Shown piece by piece: positions 40,325 through 64,000 of a stretch of DNA of 64,000 nt. This DNA is from the human T2T-CHM13v2.0 reference genome, Homo sapiens. The DNA is taken from the NCBI RefSeq assembly GCF_009914755.1, contig NC_060925.1; one strand, 5' to 3'. Each line of letters opens with the position of its first letter. Position 1 is the stretch's first letter. Both the position numbers and the translations under genes were made by a program. The notes under the pieces are model-generated. The model was not told the DNA's origin and made no database searches. It saw only the letters and a program-made list of their open reading frames with translations.

Positions 40325-40404
40325 GTAAGTCTATAATCTCCTCCATTCAGGCCACTAGATATTCATGTTTATTGTTTTCAGGCAGTATTGTATATTTTCT
40401 GACA

Positions 40405-41058
40405 TTTTTTATATATATATAATTATATATAATATATAATTATATATATATTATATATTATATATAATTATATATTATATATAATGTATAATTATATATT
40501 ATATATAATATATATAAATATATATATTTTTTATATAAATATATTATATATTTATATATTATATATAAATTTATATATATAAATTTTTATATATTATATA
40601 TATTTATATATTATATATTGTATATATTTATATATTACATATTGTATATATTTATATATTATATATTATATATTTATATATTATATATTATATATTTATA
40701 TATTATATATTATATATATTTATATATTATATATAAATTATTTATATATAATATATAAATATATATTATATAATATAAATTTGTATATATAATATATATT
40801 TATATTATATATAAAATATTTATATTATATATAAAATATAATATAAATATATACATATAATATATATATTATATATTTATAATTATATATTATATATAAT
40901 ACATATAATATATAATATATAATACATATATATCATATATGAAATATATATCATATATTATACATATTATATATAACATATATATTATATATCATATATG
41001 ATATATATATTATATATGATATATAATATGTATAATATATAAAAATATATATATATAT
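40405..41058. repeat. About 650 bp AT-rich (TA)n-like low-complexity tract
   Basis: Almost exclusively A/T; contiguous with the T-tail of the antisense AluY at 41059-41348. Confidence 0.95.
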
Positions 41059-42839
41059 TTTTTTTTAGACAGAGTCTCGCACTGTCGCCCAGGCTGGGAG
41101 TGCAGTGGTACGATCTCGGCTCACTGAAAGCTCCGCTTCCCAGGTTCACGCCATTCTCCTGCCTCAGCCTCCCGAGTAGCTGGGACTACAGGCGCCTGCC
41201 ACCATGCCCGGCTAATTTTTTTGTATTTTTAGTAGAGTCAGGGTTTCACCATGTTAGCCAGGATGGTCTCGATCTCCTGACCTTGTGATCCGCCCACCTC
41301 GGCCTCCCAAAGTGCTGGGATTACAGGCGTGAGCCACCGTGCCCGGCCAACATTTTATATTTTAATAAAAATTTTTTGTGGCTAGGCATGCGGTGACCCA
41401 CACCTGTAATCCCAGCACTTTGGGAGGCCAAGGCAGGAGGGGATCACTTGAGGCCAGGAGTTCAAGAACAGTCTGGGCAATCTAATGGGACTCCTTCTCT
41501 ACCAAAAAAAAAAAAAATTGGACATTGTGGCACATGCCCGTGGTTCCAACTACTCAAGAGGCTGAGGTGGGAGGATCACTTGAGCCCAGGAGGTCAAGTC
41601 TGCAGTGAGCCGTGATCATGTCACTGCACTCCAGCCTGGGTGATGGAGTGAGACCCGTTCTCAAAACAAACAACAAAAAATTTTTTTTTGGTTATTTGTA
41701 AAGAAGTGAATTTATTTCTTTTCATATATGCAGCTTTACTCCTTAACAGAAATGGAAAAAGCCCTGACCTAGGAGTCAGATGACCTAGGATCTAGCTTGT
41801 AAACTCACTTTGTGAATTTGGGAAAATTACTTGAACCATTGGGGTCTACATAAGTGTTAAGATCCTATCTAAGGCCAAGCACAGTGGTTATGCCTGTAAT
41901 CCCAGCATTTTGGGAGGCCAAGGCAGGAGGGTTGCTTGAGCCCAGGAGTTCAAGACCAGCCTGAGCAATATGAGACCCCATCTATACAAATAATTTAAAA
42001 ATTAGCCAGCCATGGTAGCACATGTCTGTGGTCCCAGCTACGCAAGAGGCTGAGGTGGAAGAATTGCTTAAGCCCAAGTGGTCAAAGTTGCAGTTAGCCG
42101 TGATGACGCCACTGCACTCCAGCCTGGGTGACAGAGCAAGACCCTGTCTCCAAAAATACAAAACACCTATCTAATTCTAAAACTCTGTGATTTTTGTTAT
42201 TTATATAGAAAATGTAGAGACTCTGTTACAGGCATAAGGTTGTGCTGTATGCTTTGGGGAAGCAGATACATGATTTTGCTTGGTTACAATCAGTTGAGGA
42301 AATAAGACTAGTAAACCACGAAAACTTTAAACAGCTTTAAAGGGAGTAGATATAAACAATGTCTTAGGGAAGACTTAGAGGCAAAAAGTATATTTAAACA
42401 TGCCTGTTAAAATCCTGGCATGAGGTGTTTGAATAGTAATACTACATGGAAAAGTCAAATAAGAGACTCCCTTTTTCCATGACATAAATTATGTATGTAA
42501 TGAGAAAGTAAACCATTCATTTGATAAATATGTATAAAGTACCCATGATATCAAATGAATGATACTTGCTACCTTACTAGATGTTAGGGAATTTACACTG
42601 AATTATAATTATGTAATTATAATTCACACTGAGTTATATCTATAAATTCTACCCATAACAGTGCAATAGAAAAAAAATAGCTATGTAGATATGGTTGTAA
42701 CAAAATCTAAAAAGTATAATAATAGAGATAAGAATGAAAAAAATAGGCCGGGCATGGTGGGTCACATCTGTAATGCCAGCAATCTGGGAGGCCGAGGCGG
42801 GTGGATCACAAGGTCAGGAGATCGAGACCATCCTGGCTA

Positions 42840-43115
<276 letters not shown>

Positions 43116-43228
43116 TCAGGAGTTCGACACCAGCCTCATGGTGTCAAACATGGTGAAACCCCATCTCTACTTAAAAATACAAAAATTAGCCAGGTGTGGT
43201 GGTACGCATCTGTAATCCCAGCCACTCA

Positions 43229-43435
<207 letters not shown>

Positions 43436-45260
43436 TTATTTTCAGTTATGTCTCTTACTAGCCATGTATTTTGGGCAAATCACAGTTTTCTTTGGGGTGA
43501 TAAAAAGGACTTAATACAGTTATTATGAAGATTAAATGAAAAGAAAAGCTCATGCTTGTAATCCCAGAACTTTGGGAGGCTGAGGTGGGAGGATCACTTA
43601 AAGCCAGGAGTTTGAGACCAGCATGGTCAACATAGCAAGATTCTGGCTCTAATAAAAAAAAAAAAATTAGCTGGGCTTGGTGACATGCACCTGTGGTCTC
43701 AGCTACTCAGGAGGTTGAAGCAAGAGGATCGCTTGAGCTTGGGAGTTCAAGTCTACAGCGAACTATAATTGTGTCACTGCACTCCAGCCTGAGTGATAGA
43801 GTGAGATTCCATGTCAAAAAAAAAAAAAAGAAAAATGATTAACTGAGGTAGTATATGCTAAGTACGTAACACTAAATATAATATACATTAGATAAGTAGA
43901 AAAAGATGCTTATTTTGTTTATTTTACTGTTTTCAGGGGTGACAGTTTTAAAAAATGACTTCTTATTGCTATATATGTACCTCAGTAATTTTGGTATCTT
44001 CAAAGGTTTTTTAGGAAATCTACTCATATGCTTTGGGAGGAAATCGAGCTTAAAGAAGGAATTAGTAGGCTGGGCACAGTGGCTCATGCCTGTAATCCTA
44101 GCACTTTGGGAGGCCGGGGTGGGTGGATTACCTGAGATCAGGAGTTCGAGACCAGTGTGGCCAACATGGTGAAACGCCATCTCTACTAAAAATATAAAAA
44201 TTAGCCAGGTGTGGTGGCATGCGCCTGTAATCCCAGCTACTTGGGAGGCTGAGACAGAGAATCACTTGAACCCCGGGGGGGTGGAGGTCGCAGTGAGCTG
44301 AGATTGCGCCACTTCACTCCAGCCTGGGCAAAACAGCAAGACTCTGTCCCAAAAAAATTAAAAAAAAGGAATTAGTAATAGTAGTGATACCTAACTATAC
44401 CTACATGTTTATGTTTCTTCAGTTTTTTTTCCTGAATTGTGTATAGCCACTAGTATTATGTTCATTAATGTTTTCTTATATCTGTTTTAACAGAGCTTCC
44501 TTTTTTACCTCCAAAAGTATAATCTAAAAATTGAATTATGGATGCCTTATGTAGTTTTAAAACCACTTACTTTTCAAACATAAATTTTTTAGGGTAAAGC
44601 TATGATAGAACTAATTTGCACCTGGAATTTCAAAGCTATTATCTTCTTGTTTTTTTGAAAGGGAGGAAGGGGAAAAGGAAATAAAAAGGGAAGGGGAAAG
44701 GGGGAAAAATAAGAAAAAGGAAGACAGAGGTACTGCAGCATCTGCTCTCAGGGAAGGCTGAGGAGGGAGGGGCTATTATCTTATTTATAGTCAACATAGA
44801 CTAATTCTTTTATTGTATGTAGTTTTTCCTTTCTTTTTTTTCTTAAGGAAAACTTGGAGTTGGATAGATTAGGTCTTCCTATTCTTACTTTCTCTGACTA
44901 AATTGACTATGAACAAATTAGTTAATATTTCTCAGACTCAATTTTCTCTCCTAAAAAATGGGAATAACAGTACTACAATATAGAATATAATTTGCTAATC
45001 CTTAATAAATGTTAGCTTCATTTGCCCTTCTTTTCCTTTGCCTTTTTAATTCTAGAATCTAAAATAAGTATATGCTGTGACTGAATAAGATAGTTGACCG
45101 AAGTTTTAATCATTTTGCCTATGTTATTTATGGGTGATTACATTATAGATATGATCAGAATAATATAGAAGTATTTATGAAAATCTTATACATTTTTCTT
45201 GAAGAAAAGTTCAGTCCAAGGGGCTGTTTGTTATAAGTACCTTTACAGGAAATGCTTTAA

Positions 45261-45536
<276 letters not shown>

Positions 45537-45632
45537 TAGCTTACAGTTTTGATATTTATTAATTTATTTACTTTAGCATTTATTTTATATTTGGTTCTTC
45601 AGGTAATTATAGGTTTCTTTTTCTTTTTACAG

Positions 45633-45680
45633 TCTTTCCCAACTGAGTCATCCATTCAGCAGAAAGTTCTAGGACTTTTG
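45633..45680 (+). CDS. ZYG11B: ZYG11B exon 10 (48 nt)
   Basis: tttacag|TCT; reads SFPTESSIQQKVLGLL; donor TTG|GTAAGA. Confidence 0.94.
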
Positions 45681-45754
45681 GTAAGATATAAGCACTTCCT
45701 GCTAAGTTCCAAGCTATATTTATTTTCTGTCTGAAGTAACACATTGAAAGTTGC

Positions 45755-46302
<548 letters not shown>

Positions 46303-46373
46303 TAAATGTTATTAAATTTAAAAAGACTATAAAAATATATCACGAGGTCAGGAGATCACGACCATCCTGGCTA

Positions 46374-46972
<599 letters not shown>

Positions 46973-47863
46973 TCAAAAGAAAAAAAAAAAAAACCACAAC
47001 ACATATATGTGTGTGTGTGTGTATATATATATTTATATATAAAGATTTTTGCCACATTAAAAGGAAAAATATAATACGCATATGCTTCTTTATATTTTTT
47101 GGTATTGTACAAAGTTTCACACTGAGCATGTTTTACTTTTTTAAATTTATTTTTGAGACAGAGTCTGTCACTCTGTTGCCCATTGTGCAGTGCAGTGGCA
47201 CAATCACGGCTCACTGCAGCCTTGACCTGCCAGACTCAAGCAATCTTCTCACCTTAGCCTCCAGAGTAGCTAGGACTATAGGCATGTGCCACCATGCCCA
47301 GCTTATTTGTTTATTTATTTTTGTAGATTTGCAGTCTCACCATGTTGCCCAGGCTGGTGTCAAATTCCTGGGCTCAAGCAGTCTTCCTGCCTTGGCCTCC
47401 CAAAGTGCTGGGATTACAGGCATGAGCCACCACACTTGGCCTTGTGTTTCACTTTTATAATTGGTAAACCAGATCTCATTAAAAAATGTTATCAGACTGG
47501 ACACAGTGACTCATGCCTGTAATCCCAACACTTTGGAAGGATGAGGTGAGAGAATTGCTTGAGCCTAGGAGTTTGAGACCAGCCTGGGCAACGAAGCACA
47601 ACCCCATCTCTACAAAAAGTGAAATAAGAAAATTAGCTGAACATGGTGACATGTACCTGTAGTCCCAGCTAGTGGGGAGGCTCAGGCAGGAGGATCACTT
47701 GACCCTAGGAGTTTGAGGGCTGCAGTGAGCTGTGCTCATCCTACTGCACTCCAGCCTGGGTGACAGAGTGAGACCCAGTCTCTTAAAAAAAAAAGTCATT
47801 AACCTACAAGTGTTCTTAGAGTCTGTGTTTGATAGTTAATGATTACTACTTAAAGACTGCTTA

Positions 47864-48040
<177 letters not shown>

Positions 48041-48043
48041 TCA

Positions 48044-48145
<102 letters not shown>

Positions 48146-48346
48146 TCAGAAAAAAAAACAAAAAACAAAAGCCTGCTTACAAATCACATATTTCTTAACA
48201 TATTGGATATGGATTAAAGTAAGCCCTCTAGGATTTTGAGACAAAGGTAAAGATCAAATGTTTTATCAGCTTAATTGCTGTAACAGGCAAAGTGTCTATG
48301 TGGCAAAAGCCATTTTATTTTATTTTTTATTTTTGAAAAAAATATT

Positions 48347-48749
<403 letters not shown>

Positions 48750-49178
48750 AAAAAAGCAGACCTCTGCTCTCAAGGAATTAGATTATGGGAGGCATAGATT
48801 AGTGAGTTAAAAAATGTAAATTGGAGCTTGTTTTCCACATGCAAGCAGTGAGGAGATGGATTTTTAGGAAAGCTGAGGACTGCCATTTAAGGAAGACCTA
48901 TCTGTTGTTGTAGCCTTCATTATATAAGGTAGAAAATGGAAAACAACCTAAATGTCCAGTAATAGAGGAATTATTAAATAAATTACAGCATTTGATTGTT
49001 TTTTCAGGGTTAATATGATTATTTGATACAGAAGTTGGCTCAGGTCATCTGAAACGGAAAGGTGAAATTTATTTTAAATATTTGTGGGTTGGGTGCAGTG
49101 GCTCATGCCTGTAATCCCAGCACTTTGGGAGGCTGAGGTGGGTGGATCACGTGCGGTCAGGAGTTCAAGACCAGCCTA

Positions 49179-49364
<186 letters not shown>

Positions 49365-49599
49365 TCAGAAAACAAAAACAAAACAAAACAAAAAAGACTT
49401 CATCTCAAAAAAAAACCTATATATTTTTTTAAATTTCCAAAGGAATACATGTTGTTATAACTAGTGAAACAGTGCAAAACTGTATTTAACATCCTTAAGG
49501 CTCTGTCTCCAACCTTTCGTCATTTTTATCTCCATGAAGTTATTAATATTAATATAACTTTATATGTTTCCTTCCATATTTTTCTCTGTTACCTTGTGA

Positions 49600-57020
<7,421 letters not shown>

Positions 57021-57045
57021 CCATTTACTATACATATTACATTAA

Positions 57046-57303
<258 letters not shown>

Positions 57304-57396
57304 TAGTGGTTAAACTATCAAAGCCTCATAATGTAGTAAATAATGCAGTGCTAAATAAATATTGTAATCCTTTCTTGTGTGTCTTTTGTCTTCCAG

Positions 57397-57449
57397 CATT
57401 CAGCTATTTTGAAATGGCCAACTCCAGAGTGTGAGATGGTAGCATACAG
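57397..57449 (+). CDS. ZYG11B: ZYG11B exon 12 (53 nt)
   Basis: ttccag|CAT; reads HSAILKWPTPECEMVAY-R; donor CAG|GTAATT, phase 2. Confidence 0.94.
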
Positions 57450-58475
57450 GTAATTAGTATCATAATTAACAGTAAACCAGCAACCTAGTCTAGAGATCAT
57501 TCCTAAGAGTCATTCCTACTAGATGCATAATTTTTCCCTCAGGCACCTCAATATTGGTTATTTATTTATTTATTTTGAGACAGAGTTTCACTCCGTCGCC
57601 ATGGCTGGAGTGCAGTGCATGATCTTGGCTCACTGCAACCTCCACCTCCCAGGTTGAAGCAATTCCCCTGCCTCAGCCTCCCGAGTAGCTGGGATTATAG
57701 GCGCCCACGACCACGCCCCGCTAATTTTTGTATTTTTAGTAGAGACGAGGTTTCACCATGTTGGCCAGGCTGGTCTTGAACTCCTGACCTCAGGTGATCT
57801 GCCTGCCTGGGCCCCCCTAAGTGCTGGGATTACAGGCGTGAGCCACCACACCCAGCCAAAAGTATTGGCTTTAAAAGAAGCAAAGTATTTTGACTTTTTT
57901 CTACCACCTATCACTCTTCATGTTTCCTTCATTTCACATTTGTTGAAGACAAGTGCTAGGAATTTGTTCTATGCTCTTGAAATACAAAAATGAACAAAGA
58001 CATGGTGTCTGCACACAAGAATTTTATATCCTTGTGAGGGAGAGTGAATGTGGATCAGATAAAATACCGTTATGCCAAATGTCCATAGAATGTTATGAAA
58101 TTAAAGGTGAAGCCCAGTGGGGTAGCACATACCTGTAGTCCTGGGAGGATCACTTGAGCCCAGGAGTTTGAGGCTGCAGTGAGTTATGATTGCATCACTG
58201 CATTCCAGCCTGAGTGACAGAGCAAGACTCCAAATGTAAATACACACACACACACACACACACACACACCTTTCAGAGGAAGTGAGTTGTGACCTGAGTG
58301 TTGAAAGATAAGGAGAGGCAGGAGATTTTTAGGAAGAAAAAGCATCGTATTAATGTAGGAAGGTCTAAAATAAAATGACACATTGAAGGAATTAGAAGTA
58401 GCACCAGATTTGGGCCAGGCATTGTGGCTCATGCCTATAATCCCAGCACTTTGGGAGGCTGAGGTGGGTGGATCA

Positions 58476-58705
<230 letters not shown>

Positions 58706-58993
58706 CTAGATTTGGTTGGGGAAACAGTTTGTAATAATTTATTAAAGGGCATACTGGGCCTGGCATGGTGGCTCACACCTATAATCCCAACACTTTGAGA
58801 GACTGAGGTGGTAGTATCACTTGAGTTCAGGAGTTGCAGACTAGCCTAGGCATCATAGTGAGACCTCATCTCTACTAAAAAATAAAAAAACCTGGGCATG
58901 ATGGCATACACCTGTAGTCCCACCACTTCGGAAGGCCAAGGCAGGTAGATCACTTGAGCTCAGCCTGAGCAACATAGTGAGACCCCGTCTCTA

Positions 58994-59522
<529 letters not shown>

Positions 59523-60060
59523 CTAACTCTGTTTGTAATTAGATAACTTGATAATTAAATTACTAATTACCTAAAGTATTTAATTTTTATTCAACTTATT
59601 TTTTTTGTTTGGTTCATAAATGCTGATGTTGCCAACATTTTTTTTATTTCTCCAACTTATGTTCCACCTATTTTTATTCAGACCAGTAGAAAATAGAAGG
59701 GATAATTATACATCTTTTTCATAGTGTTCTACTAGTTAGTTATCACCTAATTTCTCTATTTCTTAGTTTCCAAACCAAGATCTACTTATCTTCAAATGTG
59801 TATCTTTAAGACTAAAAAGTGCTTTTGGAAAAATTTTTTCTCTTTCACTACCATGTTCTAATCACCTTCCATCTTCTGTACTGAGTCATGTCTGAATGCA
59901 GTCTTCTCTGAAATGGTTAAGACAAAGAAATGATATTCTATAGCTCATTTATATTAGTCTAAATATAATAGGATAAAATTTTGAAAATGAAAAGTTTAGG
60001 AATCACTGCTTTAGGAAATTACGCTAAATATGGGATGTAACTTTGATTCTTTTCTTTTGA

Positions 60061-60207
<147 letters not shown>

Positions 60208-60297
60208 TGAAATTCTCATTTCCCAGGAAAGATATTTCTAAATTGTGTATTAAAGTGATTTTTAAGAACACTGACTTAAAATGTAAGGCCATCTTAG

Positions 60298-60575
<278 letters not shown>

Positions 60576-61296
60576 TGATCCGCCCGCCTAAGCCTCCCAA
60601 AGTGCTGGGATTACAGGCATAAGCCACTGTGCCCGGCCAACTTAAGGTATTCTTTCAGAATGAGCATGGTGTAACTAGACACTGAATAATAGTGGTGAAT
60701 GAGACACTGTTCTCACCTCAAGGAATTTAAAGATTAGGAGACTACAGTGAGTCCATTTGTTGAGTAAAAGGTCTTAAGTAGATCCACTGTTTATGGTACA
60801 TTCCGGTGCCCAATTCTCATTCACCCAAAATTCTGTTGTTCAAGATGTCGCTGCCAGCACCCATGGTTTCTGAAGAAGCAAAGTGTTTGAATCAGGTTCT
60901 ATATTATTCTTTGAAAGCTACGATGTAACTCTTATTTATTTATTTAGAGACAAGGTCTGTCTCTATCACTGGAGCTGGAGTGCAGTGGCATAGTAACAGC
61001 TCACTGCAACCTTGACGTCCAGGCTCAGATGATCCTCCTGCCTCAGCTTGTAGCTAGGACTACAAGTGCACGTCACCATACCTGGCTTTTTTTTGTATTT
61101 TTTGTAGAGATGGGGTTTCATCATGTTGGCCAGGCTGGTGTCAAACTCCTAGGCTCGAACGATCTGCCTGCCTCTTCCTCCCAAAGTGCTGGCATTACAG
61201 GCGTCAGCCATCAAGCGTGGCCTAATTATTTATTAATATAAACTCATTCCACAAATGATTTGACACAAGAAATACACAGAACCACTTTAATAGTAA

Positions 61297-61689
<393 letters not shown>

Positions 61690-62389
61690 TAGAAGTAAGG
61701 AAAAATAATTTTTCAAAAATTATAGGGGCCGGGCATAATGGCTCATCCCTATAATCCCAGCATTTTCTGAAGTTGAGGTGAGTGGATCGCTTGAGCCCGG
61801 GAGTTTGAGACCAGCCTGGGCAACATGGCGAAACCTAGTTTCTATAAAAGATGTAAAAGAAATTAGCCAGGTGTTGTGGTGTGCTCCTGTAGTCCCAGCT
61901 ACTTGGGAGGCTGAGGTGGCAGCATCATCTGAGCCCAGAAAGCAAGGCTGCAGTGAGCTGTGATGGCACCATGCACTCTGGCCTGGGTGACAGAGTGAGA
62001 CTCTGTCTCAAAAAGAAAAAAAAAAATTCTAGGATAGAGGGAAAATAGTCAAATGTAGACTTGTAGGCCATGCATAGGGATTTTTGTGGCTCTGCTGCAA
62101 GTAAAAAGCGACATGGTTCTCCATATAAGAGGGAAACATTCCATATCCTTGTCAGGGGAGATGGGGAGGGGAGAGAATTTTTTATGAGAAGTTAACTATG
62201 AATTAAATTTCTTCTATTGGACCTTAATAGGGGACATACTATAAAGGGCCTTATATAGGATATGTGAGAGTTGTTTTTACTAATATCCTTATAGCAGAAG
62301 TAGTAACATTTAGTGAGATTTTCGCTTGGGTTTTTTTTTTTTTTTTGGAGACGGAGTCTCACTCTGTTGCCCAGGCTGGAGTGCAGTGA

Positions 62390-62593
<204 letters not shown>

Positions 62594-64000
62594 TGAGCCA
62601 CCGCACCCAGCTCCTTCTCTTGTATTGTTTGATGAAAACTCACTGCATACCACAAAAAGGCAATGCAGTAAAAGCTCTTCTGTGTCAGATAAAGAAGAAT
62701 AATTCAATGAATGGGATGTGACCGAGAAAACTGCCTTGTACCCACCTGAACTCCCACCTGGAGGCTTATCCGGTCCTTCCTACTACATTACCCAGAAGCA
62801 GAGTTGTTCACTCATAAATCGAAAACTGCCTCTTTAGCTACATTAAACTGTCTCTGCCCTAAAGTCGTTTTCTTTTTACTGTACCCACAGGTTCTGAGGA
62901 CTCCCAAATTTCTTAACAGTTGATCCCATCATATTCCCAGTCTCTAATCTATAGGTTCCTTTCCTCATAACTCAAGGAATGGACCTTTCACAGCTCAGTA
63001 GGAGAAAATAAAACATAATAAGTAAATAATAGTGCATTTTTGGCTGGGCATGGTGGCTCACGCCTGTATTCCCAGCACTTTCGGAGGCCAAGGCGGGTGG
63101 ATCACGAAGTCAGGAGATCGAGACCATCCTGGCTAACATGGTGAAACCCCATCTCTACTAAAAATACAAAAAATTAGCTGTGGGTTGTGGCACACATCTG
63201 TACTCTCAGCTACTAGGGAGGCTGAGGCAGGAAAATCACTTGAACTGGGAGGTGGAGGTTACAGTGAGCCGAGATCGCACCACTGCACTTCAGCCTGGGC
63301 GACAGAGTGAGACTCTGTCTGAAAAAAAAATAATAATAATAATAATAATAGTGCATTTTCATATGAGTATTTATTTTTGTCACTACTTTTAGGTATTAGA
63401 GTTATTTAGGTTTTACTCTATGGAATGACAGCCCTGAATAATTTATTTTATTTTATTTTATTTTTTTTTTGAGACGGAGTCTTGCTGTCGTCCAGGCTAG
63501 AGTGCAGTGGCATGATCTCGGCTCACTGCAAGCTCCGCCTCCCACTTCACGCCATTCTCCTGCCTCAGCCTTCCAAGTAGCTGGGACTATAGGCGCCTGC
63601 CACCACGCCTGGCTAATTTTTTTGTATTTTTAGTAGAGACGGGGTTTCACCACGTTAGCCAGGATGGTCTCGATCTCCTGACCTCGTTATCTGCTCGCCT
63701 CGGCCTCCCAAACTGCTGGGATTACAGGTGTGAGCCACCACGCCCAGCCCCTGAATAATTTATTCTAAAATGCACTGTAATTTGGGGAATATTAGAATAT
63801 TTTGTCTCCAACTCAGATAGTTTAGGTTCCTACCTTGTGGGCTTATTTTGTTTATATTTAAATGGAATTCACTTCTATTTGTATTAAAATGTTTTAATGT
63901 GGCTGGGTGTGGTGGCTCACACCTGTAACCCCAGCACTTTGGGAGGCTGAGGCAGGCAGATCACTTAAGGTCAGGAGTTTGAGACTGGACTGGCCAGCGT

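Overview
Primate (most likely human) genomic DNA. The window covers the inside of ZYG11B, the Gly/N-degron substrate receptor of a CUL2-ElonginB/C E3 ligase, on the + strand. It runs from the 3' part of coding exon 2 through exon 13. All 12 exons splice into one continuous reading frame; the first and last exons are outside the window, and exon numbers come from my recollection of the gene. The introns are extremely Alu-rich (about 95 copies or fragments by manual count) and also contain old L1, L2, MIR, MaLR LTR and MER fragments. Three retrocopies are embedded: an RPS13 processed pseudogene fused to an AluY, a U4 snRNA copy and a U6 snRNA copy. The U4 and U6 copies lie in the same intron and each is split by an Alu at its U-tract. 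Other notable details are a GC-AG intron, candidate in-frame alternative acceptors, large microsatellites grown from Alu tails, and several templated-insertion or fold-back repair scars. Nearly all other ORFs in the track are Alu or microsatellite artefacts. I see no evidence for a new protein-coding system; the most interesting signals concern retrotransposition history and splicing.
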